Positions 41,800 through 53,897 of a stretch of DNA of 64,000 nucleotides are shown here, piece by piece. The notes below the pieces were generated by a model. The model was not told the origin of the DNA. It searched no databases and was given only the letters and a program-made list of their open reading frames with translations. Within the stretch, counting starts at the first letter, position 1, and every line of letters starts with the position of its first letter. A program made the position numbers and the translations under genes. Where the stretch lies: the NCBI GenBank assembly GCA_009859145.1, contig VRVR01000020.1:211710-275709 (forward strand). Direction: 5' to 3'. Origin of the DNA: Andalucia godoyi And28. Taxonomy: Eukaryota; Protista; Jakobida.

Positions 41800-42118
41800 T
41801 GGTGGTGGTTTGCACAAGAAGATGGAGCATGCAAGAGCAGAACAGACAGTTGAATCTCTGAAGCGAGTGAGGAAAATGCTACTGGAGGAACTGGAGAAGC
41901 TCGGATCCAACATGGATGTTCTCAGTCAGGGAACAAGCTTACTGCAGAGCAACGTCAAGGTGCATGAAAGCTACGGCTCGGTCATGTCGGTAGCGGGTCG
42001 CGCATTAAGGGGACTGAGAAGAAGACAGCTGACGGATACTGCGATCATACTCTTTGTGTTTGCATTTTACATTCTTTGTATTCTATACGTGATCCGAAAG
42101 AGACTGCCGTTTTTGTAA
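41489..42118 (+). CDS. SEC20: ER SNARE Sec20/BNIP1 (209 aa)
   Basis: SNARE-like heptads (SLKRVRKMLLEEL...L...T..L), D..I+...F.F+...LY++.KRL TM anchor, internal poly-Gly. Confidence 0.8.
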
Positions 42119-42480
42119 AAAAAATCAAATTTTCTATTGCGCCTCCTCATGTAGCATTGCATGGTGTGGTGAGAGGTGTTCACTGCCTCCGTACGCAACT
42201 TGTCTAACTCCCTTCAGAAAAGTAAAAGTTGAAAATGCTTGCAAAACTCTCGAAAGAGACTCGAAAGACGACTCTTTCCGAGCCTTACTGCGCGATACGA
42301 TACAACACTTCGCCTAGATGGTTTACCAAGCCTCGGCTGTCCTCCGACCCACCCGAATCACAGCCGAAAACGGCATGATGGGCTTTGCCGGATCGTCGCC
42401 CAACCTTCCATTCTGATCGATGCCTATAAACACGATTCGGCCGGTCGCTTCCGGGCTCCCCGGTCGTCGTCCTGCCACTG

Positions 42481-44337
42481 ATGCCGCCGATCTTTTGGAC
42501 TCCATTAACAAACGCCGTATTTCGGAGGAGGTCGAACTTGCGCCGCCGACAGAGCGCACCTATCGCATACTATTCATTACGTAACCAAAAACAAAATAAT
42601 CACAGTATACGTATGCTTCGAGTGGACAGGCAACCGCTGGCGCTCTTGCCGCTGGCTCGCCAGGCCGTGTACTCCAGTCACAGCAGCCTTGTTTACACCA
42701 TATCAGAACATTTCCTCCAGGTCTACCGAGTCGACGAAGCAGAAACGCTTTCGTGTGGGATCATTGCTCTGTCGGATCTGTGTACACTAACTAACCGCGA
42801 GTTGGATTATACGCTCCACAGAACGTCAGACTTTGTCGGGATTTCTAATGCAACATCTCCCAATCACGTGCTGCTGTCCACCACGTCGGGGGGAATCATG
42901 TTTGTGTCGTGCGAGTGTTTCGAAAACGAAGCGTTCTTTGAGTGTCTGGAGTTTGCGGATCTCACCGGGTACATGGCGGAGAATGATCGGGTGTTGGCAG
43001 CCCACGCACATCCTTCAATCCCGTTTGCAGGAGTTGTTCTGTTTGAATCAGGAGCCGCGTCGGCATTTGTCTTTCAGGACGAGTTTCTCATCATTCCGTG
43101 CATTCTGCCCTCGTCGGATGACGCCGCATCCAGTGCTCGGTTCATTAACGATTCCGTATGCGCCATCGGTTCGACCACGGGGTCGGTCCATCTGTTCGAC
43201 ATGTCGCTCGTGACGCTGTGTGACTCGGAAGTGCTGGAAGCGCAAGACTCCGTGACGCCGTGTGGGTCTGCTGTGAGCGATGTGCTGCAGGTGGACTGTG
43301 GTGCCAGTACACTCCTGTTTGTTGGACACTATGACGGTTCCATCTCCGTCCTTGATGCAGGAGTCGGAAAGATCCTGTGTCGGTATCCTTCGCGTCCAGG
43401 ACTCCAGCTCCTGGTCAAGTTCCCAGGCGTCTTTGAGAACAGCTGTCTTTCCTGCATCCACACAGCGTCCAGCAGCTCCCGCTCGCGCCCGCGGATTACG
43501 AAAATCGAAAAGCAGGAACTCGTCTGCGGACAGCTTGCAGTGACCCCACGCGATGACAAGTGGCTGTTCTTTTCGTACGCAGACGGCTCGGCGTATGTGC
43601 TGGGCCTCCAGTCGGACTCGGTGGTGGATGTCAAATCGGCGTTGCCCGATGTTCGGAAGTTCATGAATTCCGTGGAGGTAACCGCACCCTCAGAGACTGC
43701 CAGTCTCGATGGAACTGTATCAGTCTTTAGCCTCTCCGACTTTAGAATAGAGCCTGACCAGAGATATCTCACGAAAACCGTCATCTGTTTTGATGTCTTT
43801 TATGGATTTCAGAAATGTGCGATGAAGCTGCCTCTCCGGAGACGAGCTCACAATTCAGAAGGTGCAAAGTGCACGCCGACCAAGGTGGACATGAGCCTGG
43901 ATCTGTCAGAGCTACCGTCCTACGCACCACAAGAAGCGCTCTTCTCTGAACGCGACTGGATGGACTCAACGGCAACAACATTGTTTGAAGAGACATCCAC
44001 AGCGACGAACAGTGGCACCCTGTCCATCAGCCAGAAATTCGAAAACTTGCATGTTCGGTCCAACAATCCTGTTTTTGAGTCCAGTTTGGTGCAGCATTCA
44101 GAAGTCTTGATGGATTCAAGGGACCGACGAATAGCAGAGTTGGAGCAGGACTTGGAAGACAATCGGCAAAATGTGAAACGCGCCATGGATATGCTGGCAG
44201 AATTTATGGATGAAGCCCGCCAAAAGCTAAACAGTCAACGGAAAATGCTCGCAGCCGCGCTCAAATTGGACAGTCCAGAAAAGTACGCGGCAGTTTTCCG
44301 CATGATGGACGAAATGACCGGGGAACAATCATGCTAG
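42481..44337 (+). CDS. WD40-like beta-propeller plus C-terminal coiled coil, unknown function (574-618 aa)
   Basis: Long ORF. Repeated GSTTGSVHLFD / GHYDGSISVLD / SYADGSAYVL strands; RRIAELEQDLE coiled coil. The start is ATG 42481 or 42613. Confidence 0.6.
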   Translation: MPPIFWTPLTNAVFRRRSNLRRRQSAPIAYYSLRNQKQNNHSIRMLRVDRQPLALLPLARQAVYSSHSSLVYTISEHFLQVYRVDEAETLSCGIIALSDLCTLTNRELDYTLHRTSDFVGISNATSPNHVLLSTTSGGIMFVSCECFENEAFFECLEFADLTGYMAENDRVLAAHAHPSIPFAGVVLFESGAASAFVFQDEFLIIPCILPSSDDAASSARFINDSVCAIGSTTGSVHLFDMSLVTLCDSEVLEAQDSVTPCGSAVSDVLQVDCGASTLLFVGHYDGSISVLDAGVGKILCRYPSRPGLQLLVKFPGVFENSCLSCIHTASSSSRSRPRITKIEKQELVCGQLAVTPRDDKWLFFSYADGSAYVLGLQSDSVVDVKSALPDVRKFMNSVEVTAPSETASLDGTVSVFSLSDFRIEPDQRYLTKTVICFDVFYGFQKCAMKLPLRRRAHNSEGAKCTPTKVDMSLDLSELPSYAPQEALFSERDWMDSTATTLFEETSTATNSGTLSISQKFENLHVRSNNPVFESSLVQHSEVLMDSRDRRIAELEQDLEDNRQNVKRAMDMLAEFMDEARQKLNSQRKMLAAALKLDSPEKYAAVFRMMDEMTGEQSC

Positions 44338-45375
44338 CGCGGCTTCGATCGCATCGTGAAACAGTCCCAACAGCCCTCCTGTGAACCAAAAGCAAACATT
44401 CTTCTCCTTCTCGCTCGGATCTTTTTGAAGGTGTTCCAGCATACCCGTAAAACACTTTGCGCTGTAGGAGACATCGAGCACCATTCCAAAAGACCGTGCC
44501 AACTGCTGAATGACCTTCACTTCCTGGTCAAACGGCAGTCCGTAGCCCGGTCCAATGTACTCGTCATAGACGTCAAAATCCGATTCTTCCACCAATGGAC
44601 CACTGCCTGGTACGTACTGCGTCACAAAGCCCGCGCACAGCTGCAGTATCTTCGTCTTGAAAAACGCAGCAGAATCACACACTGCGAAGCCCTTGACGCG
44701 AATGTCGCGCAGTCTGCCTCTCAGCGCGAAGCCGACAAGAAGGCCGGCCATGGTACCCGCGGACCCGATTGGAACGTAGATCTCACTGATCGTTTCAGGA
44801 ATTCCATTCTTTCCCAGCTGCTCCAGAAATTCAAACGCTCCATTCACGTATCCCCACATCCCACAAATATTCGAACCGCCTTCCGCAACCACTTCCAAAT
44901 TGTGCGTTTCCGCAATTGCAGTCATGATTTCCATCCGTTTTGCAGCGTACTCCTCCCTGGACACCCAGTGGATCTCAGCACCCACCAGCCTGTCTATGAA
45001 AAGATTGCCTTGCGGGACGACTGCGGCTTCTGAAGGCGGAATTCGCAGCAAAAGATGGCATTGGATGCCGAGAACGGCGCAAGCAGCAGCAGTCGCCCTG
45101 CAATGATTGCTTTGCCAGCCTCCGCACGTAATGACTCCTTTCTTTGCTTTGGTCTCGATGGCGTCGTGAAAAAGATATTCCAGCTTTCGAAGCTTGTTTC
45201 CCGAGCACAAAAGCCCCGGATGCGTTTCGTCATCATGCTTTACGAACAACTGCACGTGCTTTGGAATACTCAATATGCTTTCATCGGAATGCCGTGAATT
45301 CAAATCGAGATGCGACACTCGAGTAGGAAGCCTCGCTAGTGCAATTCGACCAGGTTCTTGCGCCGTGTGGAGCAT
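44329..45375 (-). CDS. dcyD: D-cysteine desulfhydrase (ACC deaminase family, PLP) (348 aa)
   Basis: LFVKHDD, SGNKLRKLEYL, TCGGWQSNHCRATA, GSAGT.AGL. The YS.K and FTGG positions match the desulfhydrase (Ser/Thr) rather than ACC deaminase (Glu/Leu). Confidence 0.82.
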   Translation of the reverse strand: MLHTAQEPGRIALARLPTRVSHLDLNSRHSDESILSIPKHVQLFVKHDDETHPGLLCSGNKLRKLEYLFHDAIETKAKKGVITCGGWQSNHCRATAAACAVLGIQCHLLLRIPPSEAAVVPQGNLFIDRLVGAEIHWVSREEYAAKRMEIMTAIAETHNLEVVAEGGSNICGMWGYVNGAFEFLEQLGKNGIPETISEIYVPIGSAGTMAGLLVGFALRGRLRDIRVKGFAVCDSAAFFKTKILQLCAGFVTQYVPGSGPLVEESDFDVYDEYIGPGYGLPFDQEVKVIQQLARSFGMVLDVSYSAKCFTGMLEHLQKDPSEKEKNVCFWFTGGLLGLFHDAIEAALA

Positions 45376-45898
45376 CTTGGAGTCGAATCCACAGTGCGTT
45401 TTGGACGTGTACAGTATTAAATCCGAAAAAACGAAAACAATCGTCTTTCATTTCATTTCATTTAATTAAAAAAAAAAGCCAAAATAGACATTCTTAATTA
45501 ACTTTGCTCGTGTGTGCTGGTGTGTGTGTTTTGTAGCTGGAGCAAAGGAAGTCCGAAAGCACTTGCTGCTCGATACGTAGTGATTGCTGTTGTTGGATGA
45601 TGGCCCATCAACGTAAGCTTGCTCATACGTACTCGTAACGTCAGCAAAAAAATTTGCACAAATCATTGAATCGCTTAGCAACGCCCGTTCTTCACACAGT
45701 TGTTAATGTTATTCCTAATGATGCTTACGGACGCGGATCGAAGTGACCAGTAGTTTTTGTATAGAAGATTGTTCGTTCAAAAAAGAAGTAGGATTGCTGA
45801 TCATTGAGGAACATTAGAGCGTTGCGGAGGCTGGTGTGTGGTTTAATTGACTGATACGTTTGTGCGTTTTGTGCGTTTTGTGTGGTCTGTTTCCAAAG

Positions 45899-48875
45899 AT
45901 GTCGAGAGCCAGCAACTCACCGTCACCCTCTGCATTTTCTCCTATTCCAAGCGGGAGGGGTCCGTCGGTTGCAAGGACGTCTTCGGCAATGTCTGCGGCT
46001 TCAATGTCGCCGTCATCGGTTTCGTCGAAAGAAGTTTCTGCGAGCTCTGCGGTCTTTGACAAGTACGGTTTGGTTGGCTCGCAGTTGCGGAAGCGTTTTC
46101 AGATTGATGATGAAGTTGGAAACACGCGAGTTCCTCTCAAGAGAATTTTGGGCCTATTCTTCGACTCGCTGAGTTTGCTGTTCGTTGGGGAAGACCGTGA
46201 TGGGTATGATGAGGACCACACGTCTCGATCATCGTTTCAAGCGTTGATTGATTCTGTGCTGAAGACGCTGTGGCATGACGTCTCTGAGAAGGTTGAGAAA
46301 TGGATAGATGCAAAGGACCCAGAGATTGACAATGTCAAATCATCCATGTCGTTCGCATACGCGCAGCTGCAAGAAAAACACAGACTTGTAAGACGGGAGA
46401 TTGAGGATCAGAAACAAACTGCGCTCATGCAGCGCATTCGGATTGAAGCTTTTGGATCCATGTTGGATGAACTGCGATCGTCGATTCTGAAAGAAGCGAT
46501 TTTCTGGAAGGAACAAGCGTTTCGGATGTCCAACCAAAGGTCGATGCTTTTAGACCCTCAAATCATCCATTTCTTCCAGGGCCGTTTGCTTCTGCTGGAC
46601 GAGATTGCATCAGCTGCGTACCAAAAGGTAGCAGCAGCGGCAGAGAACCGTAAGAAAGAAGAGAAATTCCAGAACCTTTACTTTCAGTTGTATCATGGCC
46701 AAGAGGGCTTGGAGATGCACGACATTCCTCCGTCGTTGGATGGCATCTCCGTTATGCTTCACGAAATGAAATTGAGACGCGAAACAGAGGCAGAAGTGTC
46801 AAGGTTAGATAGTATGGCCTCTGTTGGACTTCAGACGGAACCGATGTTCACGTACGCGTCCGATGACTCGTTCACGGATGTGTCGGACGTGGATGACGAC
46901 GCATTCCTCAAAGTCGCGCCGGCGTCCACCCGGAGTCGCAACAGCTCATTGTTCGAACCGTTTGCAGATCTGCAGTTGGTTCCCTCGCTGGAAGTACCAG
47001 AGCTTTCCTCTGGGAGAAAATCCTCCTCGCGGAGCCACAGAAGAACGGGGTCTGGCTGGAGCGAAATCGTCGATTTTGAAGACGAGAAGCAGAAAAACAG
47101 AAAGCGGACAAATCGCGTTCGACACGTTGCTGTCCAGTCGAACAAATTGCAGGGGATGCTGTCGATTGACGTCGGAACGAGTTATGGACGAGGCGACGCG
47201 GTTGCGCAAACGAGTCCCCGGATTCTCCGAGATCTTCTGAAGAGCATGAATGAAGCATCCGATGCATTCGGCAAGCGCGAGACGGAGCTGAAAGAAGAGG
47301 AGAACCGAAAGAATCTCCTCAAGAAAGCGTTGGATGAGCAGCAAGAAATCGCTCGTGCTGTAGCGGATTCGCAGTCGAAAATGTTTGAACATCAGAGTCT
47401 TCTGGACAAAGAAGAAGAGCTCATCAAAGTGAAGATGGAAAACGAGTTGTTGTTGGAGGAGCAAAAGCTGTTCACGGAAAAGATCCGAGCAGAGGAGGAT
47501 GGAAAGTGGAGACCGCAGCTGGAATTTATGCAGAAGCAACTCGAAAAGGCAACAGCGGAAATCAACAAACTGAAAGCCACATCGCTGTTGCCCATGGATC
47601 TTGTGAACACGATTCAGGAAAACAGCTCTTCCTTGGAAAATCAATTGCAGCGAGTCGAACAACAGTTTACCATGCGAGAGCGAGAGCTGGAGAGAGTTGC
47701 TCGCCAGTTGAAAACAGAAAAGGACTCTGCCATCGCTGCGTTGGAGGCAGAATTGGTCGATGCGCGGCGGCGAGTAGAGGTGGCAAAGTCGAACATGGAT
47801 CCGCTTTCTACGGATTATGCAGTTCTTGAGGACCAGATGACGTCCTTGGCGATGCGGCTTAAATTGTACAAGGAGGAGAAGAAGGATCTTGAGAAGGAGC
47901 CTGTTCGCTATCCTTCGGGTAGTAACGTCGCCATTGTCTTTACTGATGTGGAGAACAGCACTCCATTGTGGGAGAAGCACACAAAAGCAATGTACCAGTC
48001 ACTGAAGATTCACAATCGCCTTCTGCGCGATGTCCTGAAACGACATGGCGGGTATGAGGTGAAGTCCGAAGGCGATGGCTTTATGCTGGCGTTTCACACC
48101 TCGCTTGAAGCTTGCCTTTTCTGCATTGAATTCCAATTAGAATTGCTCAACGCCAACTGGCCGGAGGAGATTTTGAAGTCGGAATATGCAAACACAGTGC
48201 GAGGAAAGATGAGTGGGAAGGTGCTTTTTAGAGGTTTACGTGTTCGTTCCGGCTTCCACGTCGGTGAGCCAATCGTGGCTGCCGATCTGTCTTCGGGCCG
48301 TATCGACTATTTTGGCGTGTTTGTGAACACTGCAGCCCGCATTTCTGGCTGTGCGCACGGCGGGCAGATCGTATGCAGCCACGAAGCGTGGCTCCAGGTT
48401 TCCGGACACCGAAAGTCCAATGAGTTTGTCGGGAGGGACTTGAAGGTGCACAAGCTCAAAGGTTCTGAATTGTCTTATCGGATTTTCCAAATCTCTCCAA
48501 TCTCTGTGGCCAACCGCAAGTTCCCGCCTCTGAAAACGGTCTCTTCGAACTCCATGTCACAGCAGGAAATGCTGAACAAGTACCAGCAGCTGTCACAAAA
48601 CATTAGCGGAATGAAGTTGCACATTCACAGTGTCGGGACCGTTCTAGACGGTGTTTCCCGAATTGGAAAGAAACATCCACTAGTGCGAAAGGCCATCACG
48701 ATTGAGGACAAAATGAACGCACTATCGAAGCGCTTGCAGCTGATTCGAGAAGAGAAGTCCGTGTATCTTTCGGACACGGCATCAACACCGCCAAACGGGC
48801 CGGGTGTCGCATTGGTTTTCACAGGTATGCTTCATTGTCTTTCTCTGTCTCTCTGTCTCTCTGTCTCTCTCTTTA

Positions 48876-48918
<43 letters not shown>

Positions 48919-51733
48919 TGGCGTATTAGAACCCACCACTGATCAATATCCAATTTTTGTTTTCATTAGACGTGGAAAGCTCGACGTCGATGTGGGAGAA
49001 ATACACGACTGCGATGTATGCATCTCTCAAGATTCACAACAAGTTGATGCGGGACCTTATTCAGAAACATAATGGCTATGAAGGTATGTATCGATTGTTC
49101 TCTTGATGTTTTCTCGCTTTCTCGCTTTCTCGTTTTTTTTTTTGTGGCAAGCCCAAATATCTCCGTTGAAGTTGCGCACTTACATATGTCTAAAATCCTG
49201 GGGACCAGTGAAAACGGAAGGAGATGGCGCAATGCTTGCGTTCTGGAGTGCGCTGGATGCACTGAAGTACTTACTCGACTTCCAGCAGCAGCTCCTGGAG
49301 CAAGAGTGGCCGGAGGAGATTCTAGGCTCCCAGTACGCTCGTGTTGAAACCAATGAATCGGGATCGGTGATCTGGAGAGGACTCCGTGTCCGCTCCGGAA
49401 TCCATTGTGCCGAGCACATCATGGAACTCGATCCGACGACAGGCAGAGGCGACTACCATGGTCGGTCTGTGAACAGATCTGCGCGTGTTGCCGGTGCAGG
49501 ATGCGGCGGGCAGATCGTTGTCTCTCAAGCAGCGTACGACGCAGTGATCAGCAAGAAAGATGACCTTGACTTCGTTGTCGAGGATCTGGGGACGCATACG
49601 TTCAAAGGTTTGGATTCTCCCGAGCACGTCTACCAGATACTTCCTGCTGCTCTGAGAGACCGGTCGTTTAAGGGCCTGAAGCCGCAGGCGCCGTCAACCA
49701 TTGCGAGCGAGCAAGTGTTGTTGAGCAAGTACGCCAATCTTTCGATTGAGCTGGACGAAGTGAAGAAGACAATGGGTGTTTCGAAGCGCACGCTTTCGTA
49801 CGCTCAATCCCCAACAGCCCCGACAAATCTGCGTTTCCGCGAAGTCTCTGAAAGGAATTTGTTCTCCTCCGATGAGTTCGCGTCAGATCCCGACACCAAC
49901 GCTTACAATTCTGCTACTGAGGAAGAGGACTACGTTGAGTTCACAGAGGAAGAGTCCATCGTCGATGTTTCGGAAACCGGCTCATTGTCCGATGATCCGT
50001 CATTGGACACGGACGGATTGACGGAGGAAGAAATGCTGGTCATGAAGCTCAACGCTGCAACATCACCGCTGACCTCTGTGCGCAGAATATCTGTTGAAAA
50101 AGGCACCTCGACGCATGACGGCGGTGCAGCACCGCTCAGCTTTCGAACGCCCCGGGAGCCGGCTTCTGAGCCGGCTCCGGAGAGTGCGAAAACACTTCGT
50201 CCAAACAAGATTGATCCTTTGGCAGACTTGCCGGTCGACGAAACACCAGCGTCTCCTGCAGAAGTATCGCTCGCCAGCGCACAACTTGCCGCTGCGTCGA
50301 AGCGGCAGCTGACGAATGCACCTCGCGGGCGAAATGCCGAACGATCCAAAGAGGAGAAGGATGCAAGCAGTGACGAAGAAACTGCAGAATCAAAGAAGGT
50401 ATCGTACAGTCTACTTCGAGCTGCAAAGGAGGATGTGGCTCGCGAGAATCGTGAGCACTCCCTTGTTGAGCAGCTGACCACACTTGCTACTTGGGTCCGT
50501 CGTATTGTGCATGCGTATGAACTGGCCCTTGCCGCCCTGTACGCAAGCTCGTCTGGTGGAGCCGGCCTGGGAGATCGCAGACAGTCGCAGGTGTCGACAC
50601 AGATGGTCGTCGAGCAGTTCTTGAAGAACATTCGGCAGGGAAGCATTGAAGGGAACACCAATTTGACTTTCCCAGTTACCCTCACTTCCGAAAATTCGTT
50701 CCTTTCGGGAGGCACAAATCCCAACTCGTGGCTGCAGGTACTGGATCCCAATTTCCGAGCCGAGATTGCGCGTTGCAAGAATGTATTGAAACCGCTGCTG
50801 ACCAGGATCTTTTCTATGCCTGGAATTCGAGGATCAGATGGCAATCTGCTGTCCAAAGGCAAAGGAAAATCGGGTATGGATCCAGACTTTGACAAGGATG
50901 CCGACGACTTGATGCCCGGATTCCGTCCAAACTCTGCAATGGGCATCATGAATCATCACCACCACCCTTCCAAGAATTACAAGACTGATCTGCCGTTTGA
51001 TACGGATCCGATCAAGAGCATTCCGGAGGCGGACGAGCAGAATCCGCCGTTGGGACCTGTGAAAGGATCTGTTCCGTTGCACTCCGACGCCAAAAACGAC
51101 AATACCAATCGAACTGCGTCTCCGAATGCACGGTCTTTGAATGATATTCCCGGTTTCGACGGCCACCGTGTGCTTTCGCCGTCTCCTTGGTACGGCCAAG
51201 TTCCCGAGTCGGAGAGCCAGTCTCAGAAACGGCCGCAGTTCTACGTCCGCGAAGACTCATTTCTGCAAATTCGTGAGAATATCCAGGAGGAACTTGGCGT
51301 ATTCGAAAGGACTCGCAGGTTTCTGGAAGACCAGGCAACTTCAGACAAGCAGTTTGTGCGGTTTACGAAACCAGCGCTGCCCGATCCACTGGAGCAAAAG
51401 TCCAAGATTGCCGAGAAGTTGAACGAAGCCCTCGCGCTTGCACGAGCCCATGAGAAGCGCATGGACAATTCTTCTCCGCCTCCCCGGACACTGGATGTCA
51501 AAATGCGAGATCTTGAAAAAGAGATGCGTGACGCCAACTGGAAATCACCGCAAAGCGGACTCCCGAAGCTGCACGAGCTCATGAATCGTGCTCCAACGCC
51601 ACCCGGGTTTCTGGCGCACGCTGCGTCTGCCGGAGACATTCCTGCTGCAATTCGACCATCGTCGTCTGCTGCGGTGAGTCGATTCCGTTCTCCGAGCGCC
51701 ACCGGTACCCCCGGCTCATCCAAGAAGAAGTAA
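45899..51733 (+). CDS. Soluble class III adenylyl cyclase with two tandem catalytic domains, 3 exons (1854 aa)
   Basis: Exons 45899-48824, 48970-49083, 49209-51733; splicing rebuilds VFT/DVESST and GYE/VKTEGDG. Domain 1: VFTDVENST, EVKSEGDG, DYFG.FVNTAARI. Domain 2: VFTDVESST, EVKTEGDG, DYHG.SVNRSARV. Long N-terminal coiled coil; no TM segment. Confidence 0.85.
48839..48915. repeat. CT and CA microsatellites inside cyclase intron 1
   Basis: Read directly from the sequence. Confidence 0.9.
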
Positions 51734-51903
51734 TTTTTTTCGAAACGTCCCATCAAGCAAACAGCATTCCTGTTCTCCCCCTTTGTTCTTTCTTTTAAAA
51801 AATAAAAGAATGATGATGATGATGATCAATCATCATGAGAGAACACGTCTTTCGTTCTTTTTAAGCGCATATTTTTTAATGTATACAAGAAACACAACCT
51901 ACT

Positions 51904-52315
51904 CTAAGAATCGACACGCGTTCGTTTGTGAGACGCGGCATCTGTGGTCATTGCGCGAACCAATGCTCCCGTCAGCCGCCCTAGATTCTGGATGTCCGCA
52001 GACCGATCCGTTTTGTACTTGATGCACTGCACGATTTCAACACAACAGCAGAACCAAGTAAGTAACAGAAAATGACCCCAGCAAAAAAGACGCAACAGTC
52101 TTAACATCCAGAACTTTAAATACATATAAAGAACAACATCGTGAGCATATTCGCAAAAGACATGACAGACATACGAGTTCATCGTCCGTGGCTTTCATCA
52201 CAAGCTTCGAATCGGAATTTCTGTACTTGATTGTGTAGCGGAACTTTGAAGGATCTCTTCTCAAGAGAGCTTCCACTCTTTGAGCAAACGAGTCAAAATC
52301 CTCAATGTAAACCAT
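51904..52315 (-). CDS. SRP9: Signal recognition particle 9-kDa protein, 2 exons (87 aa)
   Basis: Exons 52315-52175 and 52026-51904 (GTATGT..CAG). MVYIEDFDSFAQRVEAL...P...RYTIKYR..D.KLVMKATDD..CIKYKTD. Confidence 0.88.
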
Positions 52316-52772
52316 GCTATTCTTGCTTCCTCGTTCTATGCCAATTCCTCGCTCCAACCAAACACTGAATATCACACTCCTTTTTTTATTTTTTGAATTA
52401 AAAAAAAAAGAGGCTGTTATTGTTATATTGAAGACTGCGGAGTTTGCTTTCCAAAAGGCGAGCTTGACGCACCAAGTTTCGACCGGGTTTTACGACAGCC
52501 GCTGGGGAAAATTTGAGACTTGTGAGCCTCGGCGCTTGCGCTACCGATCTAGACGCATTTCGTTTACTTTGGCCCCGCGCAGCTTGTCAAAGCAGGACGC
52601 AGTGATGTCCTGAGTTCGTGGATGTTCGCGTGGATGCATCAAGACCCGTGCAAGCGAGGGGTGTCGCTTCACCACGTCACAGCACCAAATCCTGAAGTGT
52701 ACATCGTAGTCTGCGCGAACGACCGCATGTCCAGGTGGATTTTCATATTTTTGGAGTCGTCCTGTGGTCCTA

Positions 52773-53801
52773 TCAGCTGTGCACATCGACCATATCTGTA
52801 TCGTCTTCAGACTCGGACTCTTCGCCAGTGCCAACGACCATCAGATGGCTTCTTCTCCTGTTTCTCTCTTCCTTTTTGATGATCTTCGCCTCCAGTGCGA
52901 TTCTGGAGACCTGCGCCAAGGCATTCCCGCTAACTTCTGCTTCCTTGTACCACTTCACTGCTTCCTCAAACCTGTTAAGTTGTTCCAGTAATCGAGCGAG
53001 ATCGATCATTGCTGCTGTATGTCCATGTTCTGCAGCTGATTGCAAAGAGACCAGATCCGATGCATTTCTGCCATGCTCATATTTTGCTTCAATGTTTCCA
53101 AGCGCGGCAGCAGCTTTCAGATACTTTGCGCTTCCAGACAGATCGCCCGAAAGCTCCTTTTCTTTTCCAACCTTCATCAACAACGCAGGAAGGTCCTTCA
53201 TGCTTGACAGCAAATCACAAAGCTGTTTCAGCGGCTCGTATGCTCGCACAATTTCTCGCTCTCTTTTCAAGAACTGTTGACGAACAGCGAACATTTCGGC
53301 TTCATTTTCATGGGACTTCCTACCGGCCTCGTATTTCTCCAGACTTTCGTGGAAGGTCTTGTCGTTCTCTTTTTTCTGAAGTTTCGCTGGCGGAACCGAG
53401 GACGGGGCATGAGCTGCAGTCTCCTTTTGGAAGCACGGCGACTTTGGAAATGAAGATGCCACAGCTGGAGAAGCAAGTGTCGACGGCGAAGATGATGGCA
53501 GGCTGGAGTTCTGGCTTTTGGCTTTCAGTAAAAGCAGGTCTCGAGCATGCAGCACTTTGTTTGGTGACCCAACTACGTCGTCTGGGACATTCGCTGATAC
53601 GTTCTGAAGCACATTCGCTGGAGCGCTCAATGCCTCTGCAGGTCCATTCGCGCTTGACTTTGAAACCTGCTCTTCCTGATCCATGCCCGCAACCTGCTTT
53701 TCAACCTGCGCATAAACATCAATTCCTTCCCATTTCAGTGTGCGCAATGCTGGTTCAAACGGCATTTTCCTCACCTTGATTGGCGTGCTCTTTGAACTCA
53801 T
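52773..53801 (-). CDS. Sel1-like repeat protein (342 aa)
   Basis: C-terminal AAALGNIEAKYEHG, SAAEHGHTAAMIDLA and AVKWYKEAEVSGNALA SLR repeats. N-terminal half not recognised. Confidence 0.65.
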   Translation of the reverse strand: MSSKSTPIKVRKMPFEPALRTLKWEGIDVYAQVEKQVAGMDQEEQVSKSSANGPAEALSAPANVLQNVSANVPDDVVGSPNKVLHARDLLLLKAKSQNSSLPSSSPSTLASPAVASSFPKSPCFQKETAAHAPSSVPPAKLQKKENDKTFHESLEKYEAGRKSHENEAEMFAVRQQFLKREREIVRAYEPLKQLCDLLSSMKDLPALLMKVGKEKELSGDLSGSAKYLKAAAALGNIEAKYEHGRNASDLVSLQSAAEHGHTAAMIDLARLLEQLNRFEEAVKWYKEAEVSGNALAQVSRIALEAKIIKKEERNRRRSHLMVVGTGEESESEDDTDMVDVHS

Positions 53802-53897
53802 TCCTTGGATCTTCCCTTTTTCTTTTCCCCTCCTATTTTTAATCTGTTCTTTTCTTTTGTTTTCTTTTGTTTTGGAACACTTGTGTCAGCTCATAAA

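Noticed and set aside
42420-42612. Extra upstream exon for the WD40-like gene via a 25-nt GTAACC..CAG intron
   Set aside because: It is in frame, but the donor and length conflict with every other intron in the window.
18585-45375. Metabolic gene cluster (GCAT, hbd, sterol desaturase, LDAH, dcyD)
   Set aside because: The enzymes belong to unrelated pathways and are interspersed with housekeeping genes.
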